A stretch of 64,000 nt of DNA, taken from the NCBI GenBank assembly GCA_044337585.1, contig JBIINH010000002.1:1212-65211 (forward strand). Reading direction: 5' to 3'. Position 1 is the first letter of the stretch. Each line of letters begins with the position of its first letter. Below, piece after piece: positions 27,089 to 36,429 of the stretch. The DNA comes from Bacteroidia bacterium (GTDB taxonomy: Bacteria; Bacteroidota; Bacteroidia; UKL13-3). A model generated the notes under the pieces. The model searched no databases. It was not told where the DNA came from and saw only the letters and a list, made by a program, of their open reading frames with translations. The position numbers and the translations under genes are program-made.

Positions 27089-29401
27089 GTGAATTTTCTT
27101 GAATCATTAAATCAACCGCAGCATGATGCGGTAGTCAATACAGATGGACCTGTAATCATTGTTGCCGGTGCCGGTTCAGGCAAAACCCGTGTACTTACTT
27201 ATCGTATCGCATATCTATTAAAAAATGGAGTTGATGCGTTTAACATATTGGCGCTTACATTTACCAACAAAGCTTCTAAAGAAATGCGTGAGCGAATACA
27301 GCATGTTGCCGGCAGCGATGCCCGTAATCTTTGGATGGGTACATTTCACTCTATATTTTCCCGCATTTTGCGATTGGAACATGATAAAATTGGATATCCG
27401 CGCAACTTCACCATTTACGATACCGATGATGCCAAAAGCCTTATCAAATCTATCGTCAATGAGCTGAAACTGGATGATAAAGTGTACAAGCCTTCTGTGA
27501 TGCTCAACCGAATTTCAGCTGCTAAAAATGCCATGCTTACTTCTGCTGATTACGCCATGGACAGTGATTTGATAACAGAAGACGACAATGCCAAGAGACC
27601 CAAATTTGTTCTAATATACGCTGCATACGAAGCAAGATGTTTCAGGGCAAGCGCCATGGATTTTGATGATTTGCTTATCAAAACGTATCACCTTATGAAC
27701 CAAAATCCTGATGTGCTGAACAAATATCAACAGATGTTTAAGTACATATTGGTAGACGAGTTTCAGGATACCAACCAGGTGCAATATGCCATTGTAAAAA
27801 AATTGGCAAATGTCTATCAAAACATCACCGTGGTGGGTGATGATGCACAAAGTATTTATGCTTTTCGGGGAGCCACCATAAAAAACATACTTAGCTTCCA
27901 CAAAGATTTTCCTGATACACGTGTATATCGATTGGAGCAAAATTACCGGTCAACAAAAAATATTGTACATGCGGCAAACTCTATCATCAAACAAAACAAA
28001 GATCAGATAGAGAAAAAGGTGTGGACAGATAATGAAGCAGGGGACAAAATTCGGGTATTCAGGGCGCTCACCGATAATGAGGAAGGCAAAATGGTTGCTT
28101 CATCTATCTTTCAAGAGAAAATGAATAGCCATTCCTACAATAAAGATTTTGTGATTTTATACCGCACCAATGCTCAAAGCAGGGCAATGGAAGAAGCATT
28201 GCGAAAGCTTAATATTCCTTATCGCATTTATGGTGGACTTTCGTTTTATCATCGCAAGGAAATAAAAGACCTGTTGGCCTATTTTCGGATTACCATAAAC
28301 TCCAATGATGAGGAAGCATTGAAACGCATCATCAATTATCCGGCAAGAGGTATCGGGAAAACAACCCTTGATCATCTTACGGTATTGTCTTCCCAACACA
28401 ATAAGAGTTGGTGGGAAATTATGAACAGTGCAGCACAATATGGCATAAAAGCATCAGGTGTACTTGCCGATTTTGTGCTCATGATTCAAAGCTTTAAGAC
28501 CATGGTGGATAAAAATGCCTATGATGCTGCTTTGCATATTGCCAAACAATCAGGTATTTTGAAAAATTTACATGACGACAAAACCGTAGAAGGAATTGCC
28601 CGCTATGAAAATATTGTGGAACTATTAAACGGGGTAAAAGAATTTAGTATTGATGAACAAATTGATGACGATGCCGTAGTGAAGGTAAGAACCTTGCCTG
28701 AATATATGCAAGACATTGCTTTGTTAACAGATGCGGATAATGATAAAGACCAAGATACAGATGTGGTTAGTATGATGACCATTCATGCATCAAAAGGTTT
28801 GGAATTTAAATATGTGTATGTTGTTGGGTTGGAAGAAAACTTGTTTCCATCACAAATGGCGCTCAATAGCCGAAAGGAACTAGAAGAAGAACGAAGGTTG
28901 TTTTATGTTGCCATAACACGTGCTATGAAAATGTTGTTCCTTTCTTTTGCTACCTCACGTTTTCGTTTTGGCAGCATGATTTACAGTGAGCCCAGCAGGT
29001 TTATTCAAGAAATAGATCCGCAGTATTTGGTCTTAGAAGGCATGCTGAATCAGGGAAGTAAAAGCACCGCTCCTCCTCGGTTTGGACAAAATAGGCCGCA
29101 ACAAGGCAATAAGATAATATCAAGCAATACACCAACAAAATCCCATATTGCACCACCACCCAATTTTAAACCAATAAATAAAGCCTCACAAGCAAATACA
29201 TCTATTGATCCCGATTTTCAAGGTGATGATACGTCAAACTTAGTGGCCGGACAAGTAGTGGAGCACCAACGATTTGGAAAAGGTACCGTGCAATCGGTAG
29301 AAGGAGCAGGTGAAAACCGTAAAGCCCAAATAGATTTTGGAGGACATGGCAAAAAGATGCTCGTATTAAAATTCGCAAAACTTAAAATTAATCAATCATG
29401 A
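27089..29401 (+). CDS. ATP-dependent DNA helicase, UvrD/PcrA/Rep family, with C-terminal Tudor-like domain
   Basis: Walker A GAGSGKTRVLTYRIAYLL; helicase motifs throughout; C-terminal GQVVEHQRFGKGTVQSVEG...KAQIDFGGHGKKMLVLKFAKLK resembles the PcrA/UvrD C-terminal domain; 770 aa. Confidence 0.9.
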   Translation: MNFLESLNQPQHDAVVNTDGPVIIVAGAGSGKTRVLTYRIAYLLKNGVDAFNILALTFTNKASKEMRERIQHVAGSDARNLWMGTFHSIFSRILRLEHDKIGYPRNFTIYDTDDAKSLIKSIVNELKLDDKVYKPSVMLNRISAAKNAMLTSADYAMDSDLITEDDNAKRPKFVLIYAAYEARCFRASAMDFDDLLIKTYHLMNQNPDVLNKYQQMFKYILVDEFQDTNQVQYAIVKKLANVYQNITVVGDDAQSIYAFRGATIKNILSFHKDFPDTRVYRLEQNYRSTKNIVHAANSIIKQNKDQIEKKVWTDNEAGDKIRVFRALTDNEEGKMVASSIFQEKMNSHSYNKDFVILYRTNAQSRAMEEALRKLNIPYRIYGGLSFYHRKEIKDLLAYFRITINSNDEEALKRIINYPARGIGKTTLDHLTVLSSQHNKSWWEIMNSAAQYGIKASGVLADFVLMIQSFKTMVDKNAYDAALHIAKQSGILKNLHDDKTVEGIARYENIVELLNGVKEFSIDEQIDDDAVVKVRTLPEYMQDIALLTDADNDKDQDTDVVSMMTIHASKGLEFKYVYVVGLEENLFPSQMALNSRKELEEERRLFYVAITRAMKMLFLSFATSRFRFGSMIYSEPSRFIQEIDPQYLVLEGMLNQGSKSTAPPRFGQNRPQQGNKIISSNTPTKSHIAPPPNFKPINKASQANTSIDPDFQGDDTSNLVAGQVVEHQRFGKGTVQSVEGAGENRKAQIDFGGHGKKMLVLKFAKLKINQS

Positions 29402-29706
29402 GATTCGAAAAACATATTTTTATTTGTGCCAACCAAAAAGCAGACGGTAAGGCTTGCTGTGGACAGGAACGTGGTATGGAACTGGTACAAAAGTTCAATG
29501 AACTAATAACAGAAAAAGGACTGAAAGGAAAGGTACGTGCGCAGCGATCGGGTTGCCTTGATGCCTGCAAATTTGGTCCTGCATTGGTGGTTTATCCTGA
29601 AGGTACGTACTATGGCAATGTGACACCGGAAGATGTAAACAAGATTTTAGAAGAACATATTGTTGGCGGAAATATTGTGAAGTCTCTTGAGTTGAATTGG
29701 GATTAA
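29398..29706 (+). CDS. Thioredoxin-like [2Fe-2S] ferredoxin
   Basis: Cys pattern C..ADGKACCGQ...GCLDACKFGPALVVYPEGTYYGNV typical of NuoE/Fdx4-like 2Fe-2S ferredoxins; overlaps the helicase stop by 4 bp. Confidence 0.7.
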   Translation: MRFEKHIFICANQKADGKACCGQERGMELVQKFNELITEKGLKGKVRAQRSGCLDACKFGPALVVYPEGTYYGNVTPEDVNKILEEHIVGGNIVKSLELNWD

Positions 29707-30839
29707 TTTACTATCCACTCGATTTTATCATTTTCAAGAGGCGCATAGTAAATACCCAACCTAAGTTCGGCATCTGGGTATTGTTTTTGTAATGCATTAA
29801 ATACTTTCAGGTAAACCCTCTTTTCGGGATAGGGTGGAACTGCGGTTTCGCGCATAGCCCAATGCTGCAAAGAAAGCATGCCCTCTCCATCACAGGTATT
29901 CTTAATATCTTTTCTGTAATATTGATATGGGAAGTCACGCATAGCTTCTCTGTTTTTTATGCAAATTATGGCTTGTGTTATTTTTCCTGAGTACAAACTC
30001 CCCGAAAGATAATGATCCCAAATGCCAACAAAATTAGAGAGGGGCAAAACAAACCATACCAACAGGGTTATGATTGGAGCTGCAGAAAATGAAAATGTAT
30101 ACTCCCGTTCATGTTGATTAAAGTATGTTAATAACAACCCGATCATAAATAAATTCCATGGCCAGACAATGATATTGTAGCGACTGCTTACCAAAAAGGT
30201 TAATATGATAAGGTGCATTGCCATCAGTAAAATTAAGCCTGTATTAGTAGTTCGTTTAAATAACAACATCAATCCAAATGATATTTCAGCTATCGGAATA
30301 AAATATCCAAAGCTGCGCCAATTGGTGATCTGTGCTGGTTCAGCATGGATTAAATTTTGAAGAATCATTTTCACCCACACTTCACTCAAAAAAGCATCAT
30401 GTAATTTTTGTATGCCGCTTAGGAGATAAATTCCCACAAGCATCAATAAGAATATGTTTTTCAACCGTACTTGCTCAATCACAAAAATGTATAGGCAAAG
30501 CATAAATAGGTACTGATATTCCCAAGGCTGCCAACGATTTTGGTCGAGTAATGCTGAACCAATTTCAATGATCAGAAGAATACCCATTACAGCCCGATGC
30601 TGTGGTTGAAACAACAAGTATGCGATTGCAGAAAGCGAAATCAGGTATAATAAAAGATGAACAATTGGAGGAACCTCATAGAACAAATCAAAAACAGGAG
30701 CTATTGGAAAATATCTGTCTGCCAGCCACATTTTTATACCCAATATTTTAGCAACGAGCCAGCATGCAAGCATGAATCGGAGTACAAAAAATGGATTTTT
30801 AAGAAGCTTTTTCATAAGATGCAATATATCTGAAAGCAA
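29703..30839 (-). CDS. Polytopic integral membrane protein of unknown function
   Basis: 378 aa; about 8 predicted TM helices in the first 250 aa and a soluble C-terminal tail; no motif recognised. Confidence 0.5.
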   Translation of the reverse strand: MLSDILHLMKKLLKNPFFVLRFMLACWLVAKILGIKMWLADRYFPIAPVFDLFYEVPPIVHLLLYLISLSAIAYLLFQPQHRAVMGILLIIEIGSALLDQNRWQPWEYQYLFMLCLYIFVIEQVRLKNIFLLMLVGIYLLSGIQKLHDAFLSEVWVKMILQNLIHAEPAQITNWRSFGYFIPIAEISFGLMLLFKRTTNTGLILLMAMHLIILTFLVSSRYNIIVWPWNLFMIGLLLTYFNQHEREYTFSFSAAPIITLLVWFVLPLSNFVGIWDHYLSGSLYSGKITQAIICIKNREAMRDFPYQYYRKDIKNTCDGEGMLSLQHWAMRETAVPPYPEKRVYLKVFNALQKQYPDAELRLGIYYAPLENDKIEWIVN

Positions 30840-30851
30840 TCATTAATTTGC

Positions 30852-31544
30852 ATGATGCAAAACTTACTACTATTACATGGTGCATTGTCAACCCGTCTAC
30901 AATTTGATTCATTAAGGCCACTACTGGCAAATGATTTTGAAGTTGAAGCGATAAATTTTAGTGGACATGGAGGCCTCAACATTCCGATGCAAGGGTTCAC
31001 GTTCAATGCATTTGCTAATGACATATTAGCATATGCTGATAAAAATAAAATTGAGAAACTGAATTTATTCGGCTTTAGTATGGGCGGATATGCCGCATTG
31101 TATTTTGCAAAATTATACCCCAATCGGGTGAATAAGATATTTACCCTCAACGTAAAATTTAATTGGGACCTAGCAAGTACAGCCCGAGAAACAGCTATGC
31201 TTGATGCAGAGAAAATGATGTTGAAAGTTCCTGGTTATGCCAATCAGTTGATGATGCTGCACGGAATCCAAATGTGGAAGGAAGTAATCAACCAAACCTC
31301 AGGAATGATGACTGCATTATCAAAAGATTATTTGCTTACAAAGGAAGATTATAAACAAATGATTTTCCCAATTCGATTGGCCATAGGCGATCGCGATAGC
31401 ACCTCATCTGTACAGGAAACACTGGATGTCTATCAAAAATTGCCAAATGCCAGCATGTGGGTTTTGCCCAATACAAACCACCCATTTGAAAAAATAAATA
31501 GCCAAAAATTGGCTTCAGAAATCAATGAATTTTTTTTAAAGTGA
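30852..31544 (+). CDS. Alpha/beta-fold hydrolase
   Basis: Nucleophile elbow GFSMGG; conserved Asp/His later (NTNHPFE); 230 aa. Confidence 0.7.
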   Translation: MMQNLLLLHGALSTRLQFDSLRPLLANDFEVEAINFSGHGGLNIPMQGFTFNAFANDILAYADKNKIEKLNLFGFSMGGYAALYFAKLYPNRVNKIFTLNVKFNWDLASTARETAMLDAEKMMLKVPGYANQLMMLHGIQMWKEVINQTSGMMTALSKDYLLTKEDYKQMIFPIRLAIGDRDSTSSVQETLDVYQKLPNASMWVLPNTNHPFEKINSQKLASEINEFFLK

Positions 31545-32555
31545 GGCGATTGCTTTTACCAAAGCCGGCCCTTTGTAAATAAACCCCGTGTATAGTTGAA
31601 CAAGTGAGGCGCCATTGGCCAATTTGGCTTTTGCAGCTTCGGCAGAATCAATACCACCTACACCAATCAGCGGAATATTACCTGCTGATTTTTTATGTAA
31701 ATAAGTAAGCACCTCTGTTGAATGATTGAATAATATTTTTCCGCTGAGTCCGCCTGCTCCTATTTCCTCTATAATTGATTTTTCAGTTTTTAATCCATCA
31801 CGACTAATAGTTGTATTGCCAGATACAAGTCCTTCAATACCTGTTTCGTTAACAATATCTACCACATCATCCAGTTGTGATTGGGTTAAGTCAGGGGCAA
31901 TTTTCAATAAAAGTGGTTTGTGAATTTTGCCTTGATTGATGAAATTGTTTCGAAGAGCGATGAGCGATGCAAGAATTTTCTTTAGGGGTTCTTTATCTTG
32001 TAAGGCACGCAAGTTGGGCGTGTTGGGGGAACTCACATTCACTGCAAAATAATCGCAATAATCATAGAGTTTTTCAAAACATATTTCATAATCACGTTGT
32101 GCTTCTTCGTTTGGCGTTACTTTGTTTTTACCAATATTTCCTCCAACTATCAATCCTTTAGGTCTTTTTTTCAATCGCTCAGCTATGGCATCAGCTCCAT
32201 CATTGTTAAATCCCATGCGGTTTATAATAGCTTCATCTTTTATTAACCGAAACAACCTAGGCTTGTCATTTCCGGGTTGAGGCTTTGGCGTTACTGTGCC
32301 AATTTCTACATGGCCAAACCCAAGCGCCTGAAATTCATGCAGGTATTTAGCATTCTTATCAAATCCTGCAGCCAGGCCTACCCGGTTTGGAAAAGTAAGT
32401 CCTAAAAATTGAACGGGTTTGTGTACAAAAAATACAGATTTGGTGATGGCACGGGTAAAAGGGATATAGAATAAAATTCGAAGCACATTCAGGGTAAAAT
32501 AGTGAGCCTTCTCTGCATCCATCAGAAAAAGCAACCGTAGCAAGAGTTTGTACAT
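31536..32555 (-). CDS. pyrD: Dihydroorotate dehydrogenase (quinone), class 2
   Basis: MYKLLLRLLFLMDAEKAHYFT N-terminal membrane-association helix; LGLTFPNRVGLAAGFDKN, FGHVEIGTVTPKPQPGN and the FMN-binding C-terminus. The start is trimmed from the track ATG at 32615. Confidence 0.85.
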   Translation of the reverse strand: MYKLLLRLLFLMDAEKAHYFTLNVLRILFYIPFTRAITKSVFFVHKPVQFLGLTFPNRVGLAAGFDKNAKYLHEFQALGFGHVEIGTVTPKPQPGNDKPRLFRLIKDEAIINRMGFNNDGADAIAERLKKRPKGLIVGGNIGKNKVTPNEEAQRDYEICFEKLYDYCDYFAVNVSSPNTPNLRALQDKEPLKKILASLIALRNNFINQGKIHKPLLLKIAPDLTQSQLDDVVDIVNETGIEGLVSGNTTISRDGLKTEKSIIEEIGAGGLSGKILFNHSTEVLTYLHKKSAGNIPLIGVGGIDSAEAAKAKLANGASLVQLYTGFIYKGPALVKAIASL

Positions 32556-32710
32556 TCTGCGAAAATGACAAAAATCATTCGCAATATGAAATTCAAATTG
32601 AAAACAATGTGCCAATTTTCATGTTAAATCATCCAATAGATAACAATGTTTAGAATCATTTTAAATAACCTTCTGTTGATAGTTAGGGTAGCAATCATGT
32701 AGTGTAATCT

Positions 32711-32718
32711 TAAATTTG
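32711..32718 (+). promoter_or_regulatory. Bacteroidetes sigma-A -7 box (TAAATTTG)
   Basis: TAnnTTTG lies 31 bp upstream of the sdhC start codon, in the divergent pyrD/sdh intergenic region. Confidence 0.5.
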
Positions 32719-32749
32719 CACCGATTTTAATAAAACAAGATAAAATAAT

Positions 32750-33517
32750 ATGAACTGGTTAACTAAAATGTTTACTTCATCCATTGGGCAAAAATTGCTG
32801 GTAGCCGTTACTGGCTTGTTTCTTTGTACTTTTTTAATTGTACACGTTAGTGGAAACTTTCAGCTCTTCAAAAATGACAATGGGATGTCTTTTAACCTCT
32901 ACTCGGTTTTTATGACCACCAATCCGTTAATTAAAACCGTTTCATATATTTTATACGTGAGCATTTTGTTTCATGCTTTCAAAGGGTTGCACTTGGCCTA
33001 TACAAATATAAAAGCACGCCCTTCATCTTACGCTATGGTAAATGGGAAAGCTAATAGTCATTGGACAAGTCGCAGCATGGGTGTATTAGGCACTATCATT
33101 TTGGTTTTTATTGTTGTGCACATGTCAAACTTTTGGTTTGAGTATAAGTTTGGTGCAGTACCCTATGTTCAATATGCAGAAAACATAAAAACAGGAGAAG
33201 TTTCAGTTGCTGATTACCAACCTATACATGATAAAATGGAAGAGTGGGTAGATGGAGATATAAAATACATTATAGTTAAAGACATTTACACCATAGTAGC
33301 AACTAGTTTTAAAAATCCATTCATCACCCTTTTGTATGTTATTTCTATGGGGGCCTTAGGTTTTCATTTGCTTCATGGATTTAAAAGTGGGTTCCAAACA
33401 TTAGGAATAAACCATCAGAAATACAATCAGGCTATAGCATTTTTAAGTACTTGGGTGTTTGCAATTCTTATACCGATAGCATTTGCAAGCATGCCGTTAT
33501 ATTTCTTTTTTAAATAA
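32750..33517 (+). CDS. sdhC: Succinate dehydrogenase/fumarate reductase cytochrome b subunit (Bacteroidetes type)
   Basis: 255 aa; five TM helices with conserved His residues; it is the first gene of the sdhCAB cluster. Confidence 0.8.
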   Translation: MNWLTKMFTSSIGQKLLVAVTGLFLCTFLIVHVSGNFQLFKNDNGMSFNLYSVFMTTNPLIKTVSYILYVSILFHAFKGLHLAYTNIKARPSSYAMVNGKANSHWTSRSMGVLGTIILVFIVVHMSNFWFEYKFGAVPYVQYAENIKTGEVSVADYQPIHDKMEEWVDGDIKYIIVKDIYTIVATSFKNPFITLLYVISMGALGFHLLHGFKSGFQTLGINHQKYNQAIAFLSTWVFAILIPIAFASMPLYFFFK

Positions 33518-33535
33518 GAATTAATTCATATAAGA

Positions 33536-35548
33536 ATGAGCATATCAACAAAATTAGATTCGAAAATTCCTGAGGGAGCATTGGAACAAAAGTGGACAAA
33601 ATACCGTTCAACGGTACCATTAGTAAACCCAGCCAACAAGCGCAACCTCGAAATTATTATTGTAGGTTCTGGACTAGCAGGAGCATCTGCGGCAGCATCT
33701 TTAGCAGAACTTGGATATAAGGTAAAGGTGTTTTGTTTTCAAGACTCGCCACGTAGGGCACATAGTATTGCTGCTCAGGGTGGAATCAATGCCGCAAAGA
33801 ATTACCAAAATGATGGTGACTCAACATACAGGTTATTTTATGATACCATAAAAGGTGGCGATTACCGTGCCCGCGAAGCAAATGTTTATCGTTTGGCTGA
33901 AGTAAGTGCAAGCATTATTGATCAATGTGTGGCTCAAGGTGTACCATTTGCACGTGAATATGGAGGGATGCTATCAAATCGCTCATTCGGTGGAACTCAA
34001 GTACAACGAACTTTTTATGCAGCAGGTCAAACCGGTCAGCAATTATTATTAGGAGCTTACTCAGCCTTAGAACGTCAGATTGGTTTGGGTGCAGTAAAAA
34101 TGTTTACACGTCATGAGATGCTTGATGTAGTTACTGTTGATGGCAAATGCCAAGGTATCATCGCAAGAGACCTTGTTAGTGGTAAGCTAGAACGCCATTC
34201 AGGAAATGCTGTTTTGCTTTGTACAGGAGGATACGGAAACGTATTTTACCTATCTACTAATGCAATGGGTTCTAATGTAACAGCTGCTTGGAAAGCACAT
34301 AAGAAAGGAGCATTTTTTGGCAATCCATGTTTCACGCAAATTCACCCAACTTGTATACCAGTTTCAGGCGATCACCAATCAAAACTTACATTGATGTCGG
34401 AGTCGCTAAGAAATGACGGACGCATATGGGTTCCAAAAAAGAAAGAAGATGCTGAAGCATTGCGCACAGGGAAATTAAACCCTACTCAAATTGCTGAAGA
34501 AGATCGTGATTATTTTTTAGAAAGAAGGTATCCAGCATTTGGAAATTTGGTTCCACGTGATGTGGCATCAAGGGCAGCAAAAGAGCGTTGTGATGCTGGA
34601 TTTGGTGTAAATGCAACAGGTGAGGCCGTTTACCTAGACTTTGCTTTTAATATGAAGTATAAGTATGGTAAAATTGAAGCAACCAAGAAGAATATTGAAA
34701 ACCCAACCGAAGCACAATTACAAGCATGGGGAAAAGAGGTTGTAAAAGAGAAATACGGAAACTTGTTTGATATGTATAAGCAAATTACCGGAGTTGATCC
34801 ATATGAAAATCCAATGATGATATACCCTGCAGTGCATTATACCATGGGTGGTTTATGGGTTGATTATAACTTAATGACTTCCGTTCCTGGATTGTATGCC
34901 TTAGGTGAGGCAAACTTTTCAGATCACGGTGCCAACCGATTAGGTGCATCGGCATTAATGCAAGGACTTGCTGATGGATATTTTGTAATACCATACACAA
35001 TTGGGTCTTATTTAAGCAAAGAAATCAGCAGCAAACCATTGTCAACTGATCACCCAGCATTTGTTGAAGCAGAGAATAACTCACGTGCAACTTTAGAAAG
35101 ATTGAAAACCATCAATGGAACAAAACCTGTTGATTATTTCCATAAGCGACTAGGTAAGATTATGTGGGATAAATGTGGTATGGCTAGAAGTGCAAAAGGA
35201 CTACAATCAGCCATAGATGAGATTCGAGCATTACAAGTTGAGTTTTGGAAAGATGTAAAAATACCGGGCGAGTTAAACGAGTTGAACCCAGAACTAGAAA
35301 AAGCAGGGCGCGTTGCTGATTTCTTAGAATTAGGTGAATTGATGTGTATTGATGCACTTAATAGGAATGAATCTTGTGGTGGACACTTTAGAGAAGAGTA
35401 TCAAACAGAGGAAGGGGAAGCATTAAGAGATGACGAAAACTTCAATTATGTGAGCGCATGGGAATTTAAAAGTGCAAACAATTGGGACTTGCAAAAAGAA
35501 GAACTCAAGTTTGAAAACATCAAAATTGCACAACGTAGTTACAAATAA
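33536..35548 (+). CDS. sdhA: Succinate dehydrogenase/fumarate reductase flavoprotein subunit
   Basis: FAD dinucleotide-binding [13 protein letters not shown]; covalent-FAD histidine region [14 protein letters not shown]; 670 aa. Confidence 0.9.
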   Translation: MSISTKLDSKIPEGALEQKWTKYRSTVPLVNPANKRNLEIIIVGSGLAGASAAASLAELGYKVKVFCFQDSPRRAHSIAAQGGINAAKNYQNDGDSTYRLFYDTIKGGDYRAREANVYRLAEVSASIIDQCVAQGVPFAREYGGMLSNRSFGGTQVQRTFYAAGQTGQQLLLGAYSALERQIGLGAVKMFTRHEMLDVVTVDGKCQGIIARDLVSGKLERHSGNAVLLCTGGYGNVFYLSTNAMGSNVTAAWKAHKKGAFFGNPCFTQIHPTCIPVSGDHQSKLTLMSESLRNDGRIWVPKKKEDAEALRTGKLNPTQIAEEDRDYFLERRYPAFGNLVPRDVASRAAKERCDAGFGVNATGEAVYLDFAFNMKYKYGKIEATKKNIENPTEAQLQAWGKEVVKEKYGNLFDMYKQITGVDPYENPMMIYPAVHYTMGGLWVDYNLMTSVPGLYALGEANFSDHGANRLGASALMQGLADGYFVIPYTIGSYLSKEISSKPLSTDHPAFVEAENNSRATLERLKTINGTKPVDYFHKRLGKIMWDKCGMARSAKGLQSAIDEIRALQVEFWKDVKIPGELNELNPELEKAGRVADFLELGELMCIDALNRNESCGGHFREEYQTEEGEALRDDENFNYVSAWEFKSANNWDLQKEELKFENIKIAQRSYK

Positions 35549-35583
35549 TTCAAACGATAATTAATCAAGTTAACAATACGAAC

Positions 35584-36339
35584 ATGAGTGGAAATATGAA
35601 AATCACACTTAAAGTGTGGAGACAAAAAAATAACGATGATAGAGGTCGTTTTGATACATATCAATTAAATACGGTTTCTCCTGATATGTCATTTCTTGAG
35701 ATGTTTGATGTTCTCAATAATCAATTAATCATCGAAGGAAAAGACCCAGTTGCTTTTGATCATGATTGCCGTGAGGGTATTTGTGGAATGTGCAGCATGT
35801 ACATAAACGGTAGGCCACATGGTCCATTAAGAGGTGTAACCACTTGTCAATTGCATATGCGTTCTTTTAAAGATGGCGATACCATTGTAGTTGAGCCATG
35901 GAGAGCCAAAGCTTTCCCTGTATTGAAAGACCTTACTGTTAATAGAAGTGCATTCGATAGAATTGTTGCTTCTGGAGGATTTATTTCTGTAAATACAGGA
36001 AACGCTCAAGATGCAAATTCAACTCCAATTCCAAAAGATGATGCAGATGCTTCGTTTGCTGCTGCTTCGTGCATAGGATGTGGTGCTTGTGTTGCGGCAT
36101 GTAAGAATGCTTCTGCAATGTTATTTGTATCAGCCAAGGTTTCTCAATTCGCTTTATTGCCACAAGGGCAACCAGAGCGCAACGAGCGCGTTTTGAAAAT
36201 GGTAGCACAAATGGATGCGGAAGGTTTTGGCTCATGTACCAATACAGGAGCTTGCGAAGCTGAGTGTCCTAAAGGTATATCACTTTCGAACATAGCCCGA
36301 ATGAACCGCGATTATTTGGTAGCTCAACTATCATCATAA
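35584..36339 (+). CDS. sdhB: Succinate dehydrogenase/fumarate reductase iron-sulfur subunit
   Basis: Cys clusters [34 protein letters not shown] for the 2Fe-2S, 4Fe-4S and 3Fe-4S centres. Confidence 0.9.
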   Translation: MSGNMKITLKVWRQKNNDDRGRFDTYQLNTVSPDMSFLEMFDVLNNQLIIEGKDPVAFDHDCREGICGMCSMYINGRPHGPLRGVTTCQLHMRSFKDGDTIVVEPWRAKAFPVLKDLTVNRSAFDRIVASGGFISVNTGNAQDANSTPIPKDDADASFAAASCIGCGACVAACKNASAMLFVSAKVSQFALLPQGQPERNERVLKMVAQMDAEGFGSCTNTGACEAECPKGISLSNIARMNRDYLVAQLSS

Positions 36340-36365
36340 TCTAATCTAGGTATTAAATTTGTAAG

Positions 36366-36402
36366 AATCCCGTTTCTTTTATTAGAAACGGGATTTTTTT
36401 AT
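36366..36402 (+). terminator. Rho-independent terminator of sdhCAB
   Basis: Perfect 12-bp stem AATCCCGTTTCT / AGAAACGGGATT with a 6-nt loop, followed by a T-tract. Confidence 0.85.
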
Positions 36403-36429
36403 TGGCAGAAACAACCTTTTTTTCGTTAT

